Positions 27,413-37,448 of a DNA stretch of 64,000 nucleotides are shown in pieces; the first letter of the stretch is position 1, and every line of letters begins with the position of its first letter. The DNA is taken from IMG/VR virus record IMGVR_UViG_3300033489_000003, positions 32,001-96,000 of that record. The stretch is one strand, 5' to 3'. The notes under the pieces are model-generated. The model worked only from the letters and a program-made list of their open reading frames with translations, did not search any database and was not told the DNA's origin. Position numbers and translations under genes: made by a program. The DNA is from a virus.

Positions 27413-28878
27413 AGCCGCTCATCTCCCGCGATCTCTTCAGCCGATCGCCATTCTACCACCGGATCGCGATCTCGCTCGATTCGTACCGCGTGCGCTAGCT
27501 CATGAAGCGCCGCGCGCTGCACCTGTCGGTCGGCCCTTTTCCAAATCGTCTTGATGTTCTCGATCCGCAAGAGCGCCTCACGCCGAAGACCTGCGTTCTC
27601 GAGCGGCGACGGCCTGGCTTGCTGAGCCGCCTTCGACTCCAACCGCGTCCGCGCCTCGTCGACCTTGGCCAAGGATGCGACCAGCTCAGCCTTGGTCATT
27701 CCCGCGTCTGAGAACGCCTCCAGGAATCGCTCGCGCTTCTTCTGGAGTCTGACCCGCTCCGCCACGAAGTCGACCGTCTTAGCCGGCTTCTGTGGCTCTG
27801 GCCCACGGCCCAACTCGTCGCGCAGTTCCACAAGCCGAGCCAGCGTCATGTCAGCCACCAATGGGTCGAAGTGTTTGACCTGCATGTAGTGGGACCCTGG
27901 GCAGGCGCGATGGCACCGGTAATAGTAAGTGTAGTTCTTGGCGCCAGTGTAGAAGCCGCCGCCGTAGGATGCGCCAAGCCTTGCTCCGCATCTTCCGCAC
28001 CGCCCGATCTCACGAAGCAGCCAGTCCTTGGTGCGGGACCCCGCCTGCGGCGCCGCACCGACGAGGCGCCGAGAATCAAGAGCTGCCTGCGCGCGCGCGA
28101 AGACATCCGCGTCGATGAGCGGCTCGTGCATGCCCTTGATCCAAACGCCGCGCGTATCTTTCGTCTCGCCGAGGTAGATGCGGTGACGCAGCGTCTTGTT
28201 GACGAGCTTCTTGTCCCAGCCACGATGACGATAGGTCTTCGTGAGGTGGTCGAGAATCGTCCCGATGGCCGCGCCGCGGATGCACATCCGGTACATCTCG
28301 CGAACGATCGCTGCGCCATCGGCGTCGACGATGAGCACGTTGTGTTCGAGTCGAGAGACGCCCTTGCGCGGCGGACGCACGTAGCCGATCGGCGCGAGTC
28401 CGTCGATGTAGTAGCCGCGATCTCGCAGCAGACGTCTCGTTCCAACCGTCCGCTCTTTGATGCGCTTGTGTTCTTCCCTGGCGACGAGCACTCGAACGCC
28501 GAGCATCGTGTCACCGTCTCGGGTCGACGGGTCGCACCTGTCGCCGACGGCGTAGAACGAGACGCCAGCCTCAAGCAATCTTCTGATGCTGCCGTATGTG
28601 AACTCTGGATCGCGCGACCACCGGTCGAGCTTGTCGCACACGACGAGGTCGCCCTTGCGCGCCTCTTTGAGCAGAAGCTGGATCTGCTCTCGCTTTTCGA
28701 TCCGCTCGTAGACTGCGCTCTCGGCTTCAACATAGAACCGCGTTACCTTTAGGCCGCGTGCTTTCGCGTACGCCGAGATGGCGTCTTGCTGATCTTGGAG
28801 TGACGTTCCCCTTGCTTGATCTTCGCTGGAAACTCTCGCGTAGCCGAATACTCGGCCGACTGTTCCGGCTCCGGACAT
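27409..28878 (-). CDS. Large serine recombinase (integrase)
   Basis: YARVSS catalytic Ser; KLDRWSR; recombinase domain P.GY...HEPLID; Zn ribbon CGRCG..YYRC; coiled coil. Confidence 0.92.
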   Translation of the reverse strand: MSGAGTVGRVFGYARVSSEDQARGTSLQDQQDAISAYAKARGLKVTRFYVEAESAVYERIEKREQIQLLLKEARKGDLVVCDKLDRWSRDPEFTYGSIRRLLEAGVSFYAVGDRCDPSTRDGDTMLGVRVLVAREEHKRIKERTVGTRRLLRDRGYYIDGLAPIGYVRPPRKGVSRLEHNVLIVDADGAAIVREMYRMCIRGAAIGTILDHLTKTYRHRGWDKKLVNKTLRHRIYLGETKDTRGVWIKGMHEPLIDADVFARAQAALDSRRLVGAAPQAGSRTKDWLLREIGRCGRCGARLGASYGGGFYTGAKNYTYYYRCHRACPGSHYMQVKHFDPLVADMTLARLVELRDELGRGPEPQKPAKTVDFVAERVRLQKKRERFLEAFSDAGMTKAELVASLAKVDEARTRLESKAAQQARPSPLENAGLRREALLRIENIKTIWKRADRQVQRAALHELAHAVRIERDRDPVVEWRSAEEIAGDERL

Positions 28879-29367
28879 GCGAGGAGCGGTAACAGCATCG
28901 CGGCGAGTCGGTCAAAGCCGTTCGACATGATGAACTCCTATTCTTTCTCCACACTTGCGCGCATGTTCCGGCTTGCGTCGGACGGATGTTCAGCGAACGA
29001 CATCTGGCGCCGCCTTTCTCAAGTAGTTCCTCGACGTGACCACCCTGAATCCGTCCGCAAACTCAACTAACGCGCTGTTGAGCGCGCCTCGCACGACGAC
29101 GCGACATCTCTGCCCGAAACGCTCGGCCAGCCTAGTGCGCACGCGCCACACGCGGTCGTATTGGTCAACGCGCATCGCGCTTCTCCAAGAGCCGGTGGAG
29201 GATTATCTCCCCGATGGGTTTCACGCCGCTCTCGCTGCGTATTCCGCTCAGCGCCGCTTCGAGTTTCGCGGCCCAGTCAACCGCCGCTTCCTTCTCCGCC
29301 CGCACGGCGTCTAGCTCGGCGAGGAGCGCGAACCTGTCGGCCTGCGTAAACTCAGAACGCGGCTTCT

Positions 29368-29506
29368 TGTGGGAAGCGGGCAGGACTCGAACCTGCGACC
29401 CAAAGATCCGGTAACGATTCTCGGCCGGCCCGTCACCGGGCAAAGATGTGAGAACCGATATCCCTTGCGGGAATTCTTTTGCTCTACCGACTGAGCTACC
29501 GCTTCC
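29368..29506 (-). ncRNA. tRNA-scaffold RNA 2 with a Y-like module replacing the anticodon loop
   Basis: Acceptor GGAAGCGG/CCGCTTCC, D arm GCTC-AGTCGGTA-GAGC, anticodon stem AAAGA/TCTTT enclosing a large structured insert, T arm GCAGG-TTCGAGT-CCTGC. Confidence 0.8.
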
Positions 29507-29519
29507 AAAAAACGAACAG

Positions 29520-29580
29520 CGCGGATAAAGAGGCAGCAGACCGATTTCTATTAGCGAGAACAGTCTGCCTGCGACCCGCG
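29520..29580 (-). ncRNA. Minimal Y-RNA-like RNA B
   Basis: CGCGG-GTCG-CAG-GCAGACTG...CGGTCTGC...CTTTAT-CCGCG two-stem fold. Confidence 0.65.
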
Positions 29581-29581
29581 T

Positions 29582-29706
29582 CGGGGATCCGTCCCGGAAT
29601 CGAACCGGGATATCTACCTTAAATGGGTAACGGTCACTCAGCGGCCCGCGAACGGGCAAAGTACGACTGACCGGTTTTAGCGTCCTGCCTTTAGACGAAC
29701 GGATCC
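29582..29706 (-). ncRNA. tRNA-scaffold RNA 1 with a Y-like module in the anticodon arm
   Basis: Acceptor GGATCCGT/ACGGATCC, D arm GTC-TAAAGGCAG-GAC, T arm CCCGG-TTCGATT-CCGGG; insert CTTTGCCCG-TTCG-CGGGCCG. Confidence 0.8.
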
Positions 29707-29710
29707 ATAA

Positions 29711-29770
29711 GAGCGAATAAGGAGCGCTACCGGAGTCATCCCAAAGATAACCGGTAACTTCGACTCGCTC
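29711..29770 (-). ncRNA. Minimal Y-RNA-like RNA A
   Basis: GAGCGA-GTCG-AAG-TTACCGG-TTATC...CCGGTAG...CCTTAT-TCGCTC. Confidence 0.65.
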
Positions 29771-29776
29771 AACACA

Positions 29777-29805
29777 CATATTCCCCATTCCTTTCGAATT
29801 GTCAA
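29777..29805 (-). promoter_or_regulatory. Promoter for the RNA array
   Basis: Perfect TTGACA just after the Ro60 stop; weak -10 (GAATAT) about 7 nt before RNA A. Confidence 0.5.
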
Positions 29806-29808
29806 TAG

Positions 29809-31497
29809 TCAGTTTCGAGCAAAGTCGGCCATGAGGGCCGGCGCCGCAGAATCGAATCCTACGAAGTCCAACATTCCGGCATCGTTGGGATCGGCGATCG
29901 TGAACTCCGTTGCTGTCATGCCAACTACGGCTAGTTTGGCTGGTCGGCTGAGCTTCTCCCGGTACGCGCGGAGCGCCTGGAATGGATGAATCGTCCCTGC
30001 CCAAGTTTCGTTGTCCGTGTAGACCTGGAACATGTCGACCTCGATATCGGAGCCGGCTGCGTAGAGCATGGGCAATGCGCAATCGGTTCCGCCCATGGGC
30101 AGCTTTGCTATCGCGCGGATGACGTCGTCGAGGCGCTGCTTGGGGCTGATATCGATCGGCGTGAAACCCGGCGCTCCGCCGCCATGCATGCCACCGTACC
30201 CGCGTCCGTTCATCGGTGCCGTAAACCCGAATATGTGCCAGTTTTTCTCTGTGCGAGCAGTCACCATTGCCATCGCTGCGCTGGCCACGCGCGGCGTGAG
30301 ACCAGGGCAGCCAGCGATTGCGCCGCTTTCCATAGACCCTGAGACATCAAGGCCGATCAGGATGTTCTTGCCCGTCGGCTCCACCGCCTGAAACGCCAGG
30401 TAGAACGCTTCGTCGAGCGCGTCGACAATCTCCCGCGCTGGAGCCCAGGTGAGCTTGCCCTTATCCCCGTGGCCTTGCTGATAGACGCGCAGCGCCGACA
30501 GGAGCGCGATCGGGTGAACGCGCGCCTTCTTGATCCTGTCGGCGTCGGCGATCATGCCGGCCGCCAGCTTGACGTGCTCGCCCATCGGCTTGAAGAGCCC
30601 GACTGCCGTCATCTTCGCGAGGTTGCGGACCAGCGCCGTCTGCGGCATCTCTTCGAGCAGCGCTTCCCACACGTCCACCGAGTTCTTGTGCTCTGTCGGG
30701 ATCATCTCGTGGGTGAATCGATGTTGCCGGATGAGCTTCGCGGTCGTCTTCGGATCCGGCGACGCCTTGAGCTCATCGTACGCGGCGAGAAGTGCTGGCA
30801 ACGCTTCCAGCCTGCTCGGGTACTGGACTGCGCGCTCTTCCTTTCCGGCCATGCGCTTCATGCCGCGCTCGCCCATCGGGGCGCCTACGCACCAACGGAA
30901 CGCGGCGTCATGCTGCGGCGTGGGCGCCTTCGGATGCGATAGACGCAGCACGTCACGATGGGCCCAACCGTAGCGCTGTTGATACTTGAGCAGCTGCTGA
31001 GCGAGCCTGTCGGGCTCCTTCGCGGTGTACCACCGAGCAACCGCCGAGCGCAGACCTCGCCCCCACTTGCGGAAGTTCTCCACGTCACGAACGAAGTGGA
31101 ACAGGTGGGTGCCGATGCGGCAGACTTTCGGGAGAGCAGCAAGCGCAATAGCCCTTGTTTCCGGCCTGCTATCAGCGGCCGCCATCGCGAGCGCGAAGAT
31201 CGCCGGGTCGTTCTTGGGCGCGCGACCGGCGTCGGAAATCTCGACGATCCGAGCGACCGTGCGCGCCCCGTCTTCTGCGAGGCAGTCGAGGACGACTTGC
31301 GCGTTGTCGCGCGTGAGCGCCCGCTCAGAGGCGTAGTAGGTCCCGCCGTCAGCGCCCAAGATGAGCCAGCGATCAAGCCGCGCCCACTTGTCGAGCGTGA
31401 ACGCGAAGCCCCCAGCGGAGTTCTTCTTCTGGTCGCTCCGCGCAGACTCCGACTGCGGCGTCTTCAGCGTGGAAAAGTGTTGCCCATAGTTCGACAT
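29809..31497 (-). CDS. rsr: Ro60/TROVE-domain RNA-binding protein
   Basis: NSAGGF.F, RWLILG..GGTYY, KYQQR.GW.HRDVLRLSHP; vWA MIDAS DVSGSM, GGTDCALPM, TDNETWAG. Confidence 0.95.
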   Translation of the reverse strand: MSNYGQHFSTLKTPQSESARSDQKKNSAGGFAFTLDKWARLDRWLILGADGGTYYASERALTRDNAQVVLDCLAEDGARTVARIVEISDAGRAPKNDPAIFALAMAAADSRPETRAIALAALPKVCRIGTHLFHFVRDVENFRKWGRGLRSAVARWYTAKEPDRLAQQLLKYQQRYGWAHRDVLRLSHPKAPTPQHDAAFRWCVGAPMGERGMKRMAGKEERAVQYPSRLEALPALLAAYDELKASPDPKTTAKLIRQHRFTHEMIPTEHKNSVDVWEALLEEMPQTALVRNLAKMTAVGLFKPMGEHVKLAAGMIADADRIKKARVHPIALLSALRVYQQGHGDKGKLTWAPAREIVDALDEAFYLAFQAVEPTGKNILIGLDVSGSMESGAIAGCPGLTPRVASAAMAMVTARTEKNWHIFGFTAPMNGRGYGGMHGGGAPGFTPIDISPKQRLDDVIRAIAKLPMGGTDCALPMLYAAGSDIEVDMFQVYTDNETWAGTIHPFQALRAYREKLSRPAKLAVVGMTATEFTIADPNDAGMLDFVGFDSAAPALMADFARN

Positions 31498-32851
31498 GTA
31501 GATGCTCCTATCTTCCGTTGCGTCAGCCTTCTGTACTCCCAAACCACCCAACGCCCAACCTCTTCGCCCACTCGCCAGCGGTCCGCGTCACGACGTCCGC
31601 GCCATCCTGGTCAATCTGCGCGATGTCACCGTCCTCGTCACACCACATCCCAAGCTCCTCCTCGTCCGGCCACTGCCGCCACAGCGCGTCGTCCGTCTCG
31701 TCGTAGTTGTCTCGGCATTCGCCCGTCTGCTCGAACAGCGCCGTCCACGCGTCCGCGACGTCGGCCGCGACGACGAGATCGCAGTCGGAGAACTCGAAGA
31801 CGTGGAGGGGGGTCATCGGCCTTCCAGCTTGTCGAGGTCAACGTGTCCGCCTGTCGCAGCAAACAAAGCATCGGTTAGAGTACGCACGCGCGCTTCGGCG
31901 GCTTCAACGCTCTTGAGCAGTTCATCTATGCGCTCTCGCTGGTCCATCGTCTGGTCAAGGAGCGCCTCATTGCATGCATGTGTCCTCGCCTGCGTTGCCT
32001 CCGCCTCGGCCAGCTTCGCCTCGGCGATAGCCGTTCGATTCTCCCGTTCGCATACCGCCTTCTGGTACCACTCCTCTTGCTCGGCCAGCTTCGCGCGCAA
32101 CTCACCCAGCTCGGCCACCAATTCGCGATTGCGCTCTTCCCAGTGCCGGGCGCATCCAGGCGGCGTGGCGCAAACTAAATCCTGGCAGCAGTCCATCTTC
32201 GAGCGCAGCTCGTCTCGCTCCGATTCGACCTCGTCGAACAGGCGGACCATGTCGTTCGCTTGCGTGCGCACCGTTTCTAGTTGTGCTCGCAGCTCTTCAA
32301 TGGTTCTCGACTGAACCGACCGAATCACCCCATCAACGTTCTCCAAGCCTTCGGCGATACGGTTGATGCTCTGCGTGGCAGGGTGAAATACGCGCGCCTC
32401 GGATTCCTTGAGCGCTTCGCGCAGCTCGTCTCGCTCGGCAATTAGCTTCGCAAACTGCGCGTCGGAGGCAAGGTCGCTGGCAATTGCGTCGTCACGCTCC
32501 ACGGTCAGGTCGTCCACCATGCGAATCAGCCCGCCGAGAATGTTCCCAGCCACGGCATGGCCGGAGGCGTGACGACTGCGCGCGACGGTGAGAATCTTCT
32601 CGTCTTGACCTCCGTCCTGAGGCTCAGACACGACCACCGTTCCGCGGCCGTCGCACCGCGGGCACGTCGTTCGCTCGTCCCACACAGACGGTTCTGGTGC
32701 CGACGAAGCGAGCACAGTGACGTCCAGCGGACCCGCTTGCTCAACGCGTCGCTGGAATCGCGCGCCTGGCACTTCGGGCGGTGACTCAGCTGGCTTGAAC
32801 ACGCCAACGCCGCACGCTCGACTAATGTGCAATTCGCCGCATAGGCTACAC

Positions 32852-33125
32852 TTACTCTTCGGCATCGGATGGACCTTTCAGCTCGTCCAGGCGTTTCCAA
32901 ACGCGCGGCGTCATGCCCGTGTAGCTCTCGTCGCAGTTGAGGCAACGTACGAACGGCATTGGATACGTGCAGTCACGCCGCCCACACTCCGTGCAAAGCA
33001 TCGGCGGGTCAAGGCGCTCAAACAACCAAAACGCCGCCCTGGCGAGCTGCATTCGAATGTGCATTCCGCGCCCGGTGCAGCATGCAAACACTGATTGATT
33101 ACTCTTCGGCATCGGATGGACCTTT
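32852..33125. repeat. 27-bp direct repeat at gene junctions
   Basis: TTACTCTTCGGCATCGGATGGACCTTT at 32852-32878 and 33099-33125. Confidence 0.9.
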
Positions 33126-33788
33126 AGGTTGCAACCTGGCGAGACGAACGGTCGCGCGCCGGCAACCCCAAATAAACTCCCAGACCCCAATGGCAATCAG
33201 AGCAACCCATGCGTCGTGCTCACTCACGTTCCACCGCCTTTCCGCGCATCGCGCAGCGTCTTATGCCCGGCGACTGGACCTTTCATTCCTGGCATTGTGG
33301 GCAAAAGTCAGCGCCGCCCGTTTCAAGAGCAACGTCCATGTCCCAACCATCGTCTTCCGCTAGATCGACGGCACCATACTCTGTATAAGAGCCCGGCCCG
33401 CGGAGACCGCATCTGTCGCATACAACGTGGTACGGGTAGTCCCACTTAATGCTCACGTTCCCTTGCCTTCCAGCGCATCGCGCGCAACCATAAGCACGTC
33501 GTCTCGGTTCAAGAGCGACCCGCGAATGTAGGCGTTTGCGCCAGCGAGAGCTTCCCGGAGCCGCGCGTTCTCTCGCACAACGAAGCCTTGTCTATCCTGC
33601 TCGAGGTTCGCCTTGACTTCGGCCTGAGCGCGCTCCTCTTTCTCGTAGGTCAGTTGTTGTTGGAGCCGCGCGTTCTCGGCACGGAGTTCGCCGATCGTGT
33701 TGGCGTAGCTCTTCAGCAGAACCTGGTCAACGCGCCATTCCTGGTGCTTCTTCTCCAGCGCCGATTGGAGGTCGGCCACGTCTGTTAG

Positions 33789-34366
33789 CTCACTTCCCAT
33801 CGTCGTTCTCCTCTTTCCGGTCGCAGCAAAACTCGTAAGGCGCCTCGGCGCACGGCCGACACACGGCTCTGCCGCATATTGGACAGCAGCCGACGATATC
33901 GCCGTCCTTCCACTTGCCGCAAATGGCACAGCGTGCACTGTTGAGCGCTCTGCTCACGTTCCCTCGCCCAGCGCATCGCGCGCCATGTCCTCCAGCCGCT
34001 TAAACGCCTCCGTCGATCGAGGCCCCACGTCGATGTCACCCGTGACAACGCCGTAAGCCGCCGCGCTCCAATCTTTTGCAGCCTCCCGGAGTCGCACATT
34101 TTCGGCAAGCAACGGCGCTAGATCTGTCGTAGGGCCATGCGGGCCGTAACAATCGACGAGGCGTTTCAGTCTACGGACCTCGGTCTCGGCCGCGTCTAGT
34201 CGTTGCTGTCTATCGTCAAGGCGAATCTTCGCGTCAGCCTCAATATCCCGAAGCCGCTCGTTCTCTGCGCGGAGCTTGGTTAGCTCGTCGTATGTCTCGC
34301 AGACTTTACGAAGCTCTTCTGTGGTCAGGTCGTTCTTTGACTCACTTCCCATCGTCGTTCTCCTCT
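33789..34366. repeat. 26-bp direct repeat covering RBS and start codon
   Basis: CTCACTTCCCATCGTCGTTCTCCTCT at 33789-33814 and 34341-34366. Confidence 0.9.
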
Positions 34367-35774
34367 ATCGCGGCACGGAGGTTAGCCGCAGCCAGCGGCG
34401 ACAGCACCTCGAGGTGCTTCGCTTCCAGCTTCATCGCCTCAAGCAGCTTGCAATTGCGGGAGCGGAGCCGTTCACAGTGACTCGCGAAGAACTCCGACGA
34501 GTAAAGTTTTGGGTACGGAAGAGCTTGACTAAGCATGTCATCTTGGATTTGGTCAGCACTCATCGGCTTCTCCGCGTTCATCGTCTCCGCTCCTTCCACC
34601 ACACGTCGTATTCTTTTGACGCCCAATTGAGCATCTGTCTCCAGCTCTTCCAGACTCTCTCCAGCTTCCACCGCAGCAGCCCGACCAGCACGGCGTCTGC
34701 TTCGGTGTGGCTGATCAGCGCAGATTCTCCGCGGCCGGCTTGAATGAATACGGCTTCGCCGGAGCCGTCGTTATCCAGCGCCGAATCGGTCACCGTCACG
34801 CCTTCATCTTGCAGGTAGATCATTTCCCGCTCCGCCTTCTTGCCCACCAAAGCAACGCCTGAACGCCGATGTTGGCGCCGATCAGAAAGCCGATTAGTGC
34901 TCCGCTCCAGTACGCCGCCACCATCACACCGCCTCCTTGCAGAACGCGCAACGCATGCCGTCGCCGTCCCCTTCGACGTACGTGCCGTGGCAGTCCGTGC
35001 GGCCGGTCGGCGAAACGCATCGCGGCGGCTCGTCGTTAGCGATTAGATCGTAGATGGCGCCACCCGGGCAGGTCGGGCAAGTCTCTCCATCGTCCGCGAT
35101 GACGGAGTGGCATCTGGCGCAGTGGGAGACGTACATGGTCATCGTTTTCTCCTCAGCGCTTTCGGTTTCCACAACTCAGCCCAGAAGCGTTCGCGCAGGT
35201 GCGCTAGTTGTTCTTCCGCGTCGGCGTCGGCGTAAGTTCCGATTAGCTTCTCCATCCGTAGTAAATGTGCCGCAACGAACTCAGCTGCGTACTTGCGACC
35301 GTACGCAGTGGCCTTGACGCGTATGGCGTAGTCGTCCGGATGCTCTCCCGGATTGCGTTTCACCGCGGCCCCGCTTTCTGCGCCTCAACGGGCGACAGCT
35401 GTGGTCGAAGCGATTCACCACCGCCGTCGCGCCGCGACCCCCAAAACGGACCTGGGCCGCCGACGTACGCGCAATACCCGCCGGGCCGGCAAACTTCATC
35501 CTCCGCGCAGCAACCGCCGCTTGGGCATTGGTGATAGATTCGGCCGCAAGGCAGACCTGGCTCCGCGACGATTGGCGTCGGGCGGCTCCAGGACGCGTCG
35601 CACCCGCCTCCAACCGCCAGCGCCAGCGCCGCAGCGCCAAGGACGCAGATCGCGACACGCAGCGCCGCGGCGACGCCGAGCGGGCTCATTCCCGCACCAT
35701 CGACGCATCGTCGCTGAGATACTCAATGCAGCTGACGACGCCGAGCGCGCACGCGACGGCGACCACGATCGTTG

Positions 35775-35975
35775 CTAGGAGGATTCGAACTTCGGGGGAT
35801 GGCATGATGATGTTGCCTTTCGGCGGAGTTGGTCGATGGCGAAGGTGGAGGACGTCATGCGGCACGGCTCCGCTTGACTGACACTGTGAAGGTTCGTGAT
35901 TGGCCGCCTGTTGGCTTTCTGGAGGTAGAAAGCGTCGAGCGGCTCGTCAAATTTGCACTTAGTACATGTTTTCAA
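35775..35975 (-). pseudogene. HNH-type N-terminal Zn-finger remnant
   Basis: MKTCTKCK...PLDAFY followed by no nuclease motif. Confidence 0.4.
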
Positions 35976-36391
35976 AACGGAATTTCATCCTCTCCGCCAA
36001 CGTCGCCTAGGCCTTCGTCCGCCAGCTCCTGCCGTTTCGCTTGCGGCTTCGGCTTCGACTGTCCGCCTCCACCTTGCGCGCCGTCTTTCTTGCCGCCTCC
36101 GCCGAGTTCGATGTCCTCCGCACGCATATCGAGAGATGACTTCTGCTCTCCCTTCGACTCGTACGATCGGACCCACATCTGGCCACGCACCACGACGTAA
36201 GCGCCCTTCGTCAGGTACTGCGCCAGCTTCTCGCCGCGGTCGCCCCACATAGATACGTTGACCCAGTCGGTTACCTTTTCCTTGTTGCGGTAGGCGCTCG
36301 ACGCGATCGAGAACGACGTGACAACGGTGTTGCCGACCTCTTTGGTCTCGGCGTCGCGTCCGAGATGGCCAGATACAGTTGATGAGATCAT
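35972..36391 (-). CDS. ssb: Single-stranded DNA-binding protein
   Basis: GHLGRDAE, W.NVSMWG, YLTKG..V.V.G, acidic tail EDEIPF. Confidence 0.92.
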   Translation of the reverse strand: MISSTVSGHLGRDAETKEVGNTVVTSFSIASSAYRNKEKVTDWVNVSMWGDRGEKLAQYLTKGAYVVVRGQMWVRSYESKGEQKSSLDMRAEDIELGGGGKKDGAQGGGGQSKPKPQAKRQELADEGLGDVGGEDEIPF

Positions 36392-37410
36392 TCGATGTCC
36401 GCCCGGTCTTCTGACTCTGCGCCACCGTTGGCAGCTGTAGCATCGTCGATGCGTTTGCTTGCCTCGTCTGCCGCTGTCTTTAGCCTCGCCTTGTCGTCTT
36501 TGCTTGCGCCGGCCCAGATGGCTCGCCTTTCTTCCTCGAGAACGCGGAGCGTTGCCGCATCCGAGCACGCTTCGTACTGCGCGAGCAGTTTCGAGATGTC
36601 GACTGGCTGGCGCTTTTCGCCTGGGCCGCCAGCTGCCCATTTCGCCAGCGCCTCGCCGATGTCCTCGCTCAACTGGGCCGGCTCTTTGAAGAGATGCCGG
36701 AACTGCTGCGGTATTTTCATCATCATCTGCTCGCCAGCGTATTCTGATTTCCACGTCGGGAAGCCGTTCGCGCCCGGCATGAGAAGGCACTTCAGAACCA
36801 TCTCGTACACGAACTCCTCGCCCGCGATTGGCATCATGCCTAGAGCTTCAGGATCCTTGCCTGGTTTGATTTTGAGCTTCTCCTTTGCGCGCCAGCAAAA
36901 GATGAAGTTGCAATCCATCTGAAGCACGGCGTTGATGAGGCGGCGGCGCTTTTTCTTCGGCTCGCTCCACGCCGACATCTGTGCTTTCGACTCGGACACG
37001 CCCCACAGTTTGGCCAGACGCTTGGTCTCGGATGCGTGTTCTTCCAATACGCCACCCACCGACTCGTGCTCATGACTCATCGAGTCGACGATGATGATCT
37101 TCGCTCCCTTCTTAGCGCAGTGCTCGATGGCCTCCAGGTAATCGAGCGGCGAGAATGGTGCGCCGAAAGGGACGTGTGTGAACTTGAAAGTCTCCGGCGG
37201 CTTCGCTGTTGTGCCAGGAGATGGCGCGTAGTGCAGTGATCGCCGCGCCTCGGTGTCGATCACGAAGATGTCGCCGCCGGTGACGCGTTGAATGCCGGTG
37301 CCAAGGCGCAACGCGCTCATGGTTTTGCCTGTTCCGGACGGGCCTATGAGGCCGAGCAACAGGGGTGTTTTTTCTCTTATTGCCGGCGAATCAACGAATG
37401 TTCGTGACAT
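36388..37410 (-). CDS. AAA ATPase (Sak4-like recombination protein)
   Basis: GPSGTGKT, VIDTE, IIVDSMSHE; lies between the exonuclease and ssb. Confidence 0.8.
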   Translation of the reverse strand: MSRTFVDSPAIREKTPLLLGLIGPSGTGKTMSALRLGTGIQRVTGGDIFVIDTEARRSLHYAPSPGTTAKPPETFKFTHVPFGAPFSPLDYLEAIEHCAKKGAKIIIVDSMSHEHESVGGVLEEHASETKRLAKLWGVSESKAQMSAWSEPKKKRRRLINAVLQMDCNFIFCWRAKEKLKIKPGKDPEALGMMPIAGEEFVYEMVLKCLLMPGANGFPTWKSEYAGEQMMMKIPQQFRHLFKEPAQLSEDIGEALAKWAAGGPGEKRQPVDISKLLAQYEACSDAATLRVLEEERRAIWAGASKDDKARLKTAADEASKRIDDATAANGGAESEDRADIE

Positions 37411-37448
37411 GGCCTTTTCTCCAATCGGTTGCGTTGTGAAAGACGGAG

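Larger units (their letters stand above)
31523..35726 (-). other. Run of small coupled early genes (coiled-coil, Zn-finger, membrane)
   Basis: Many ATGA/GTGA-overlapping ORFs (e.g. 31523-31816, 31813-32865, 33954-34352, 34342-34581, 35360-35689); no recognisable families. Confidence 0.55.

Noticed and set aside
27300-29000. att site for the serine recombinase
   Set aside because: Flanks are coding and coupled; no convincing inverted repeat or host junction seen
29368-29706. Ordinary or intron-containing decoding tRNA genes
   Set aside because: No canonical 7-nt anticodon loop with U33; inserts are far too short for group I introns and share the Y-like module
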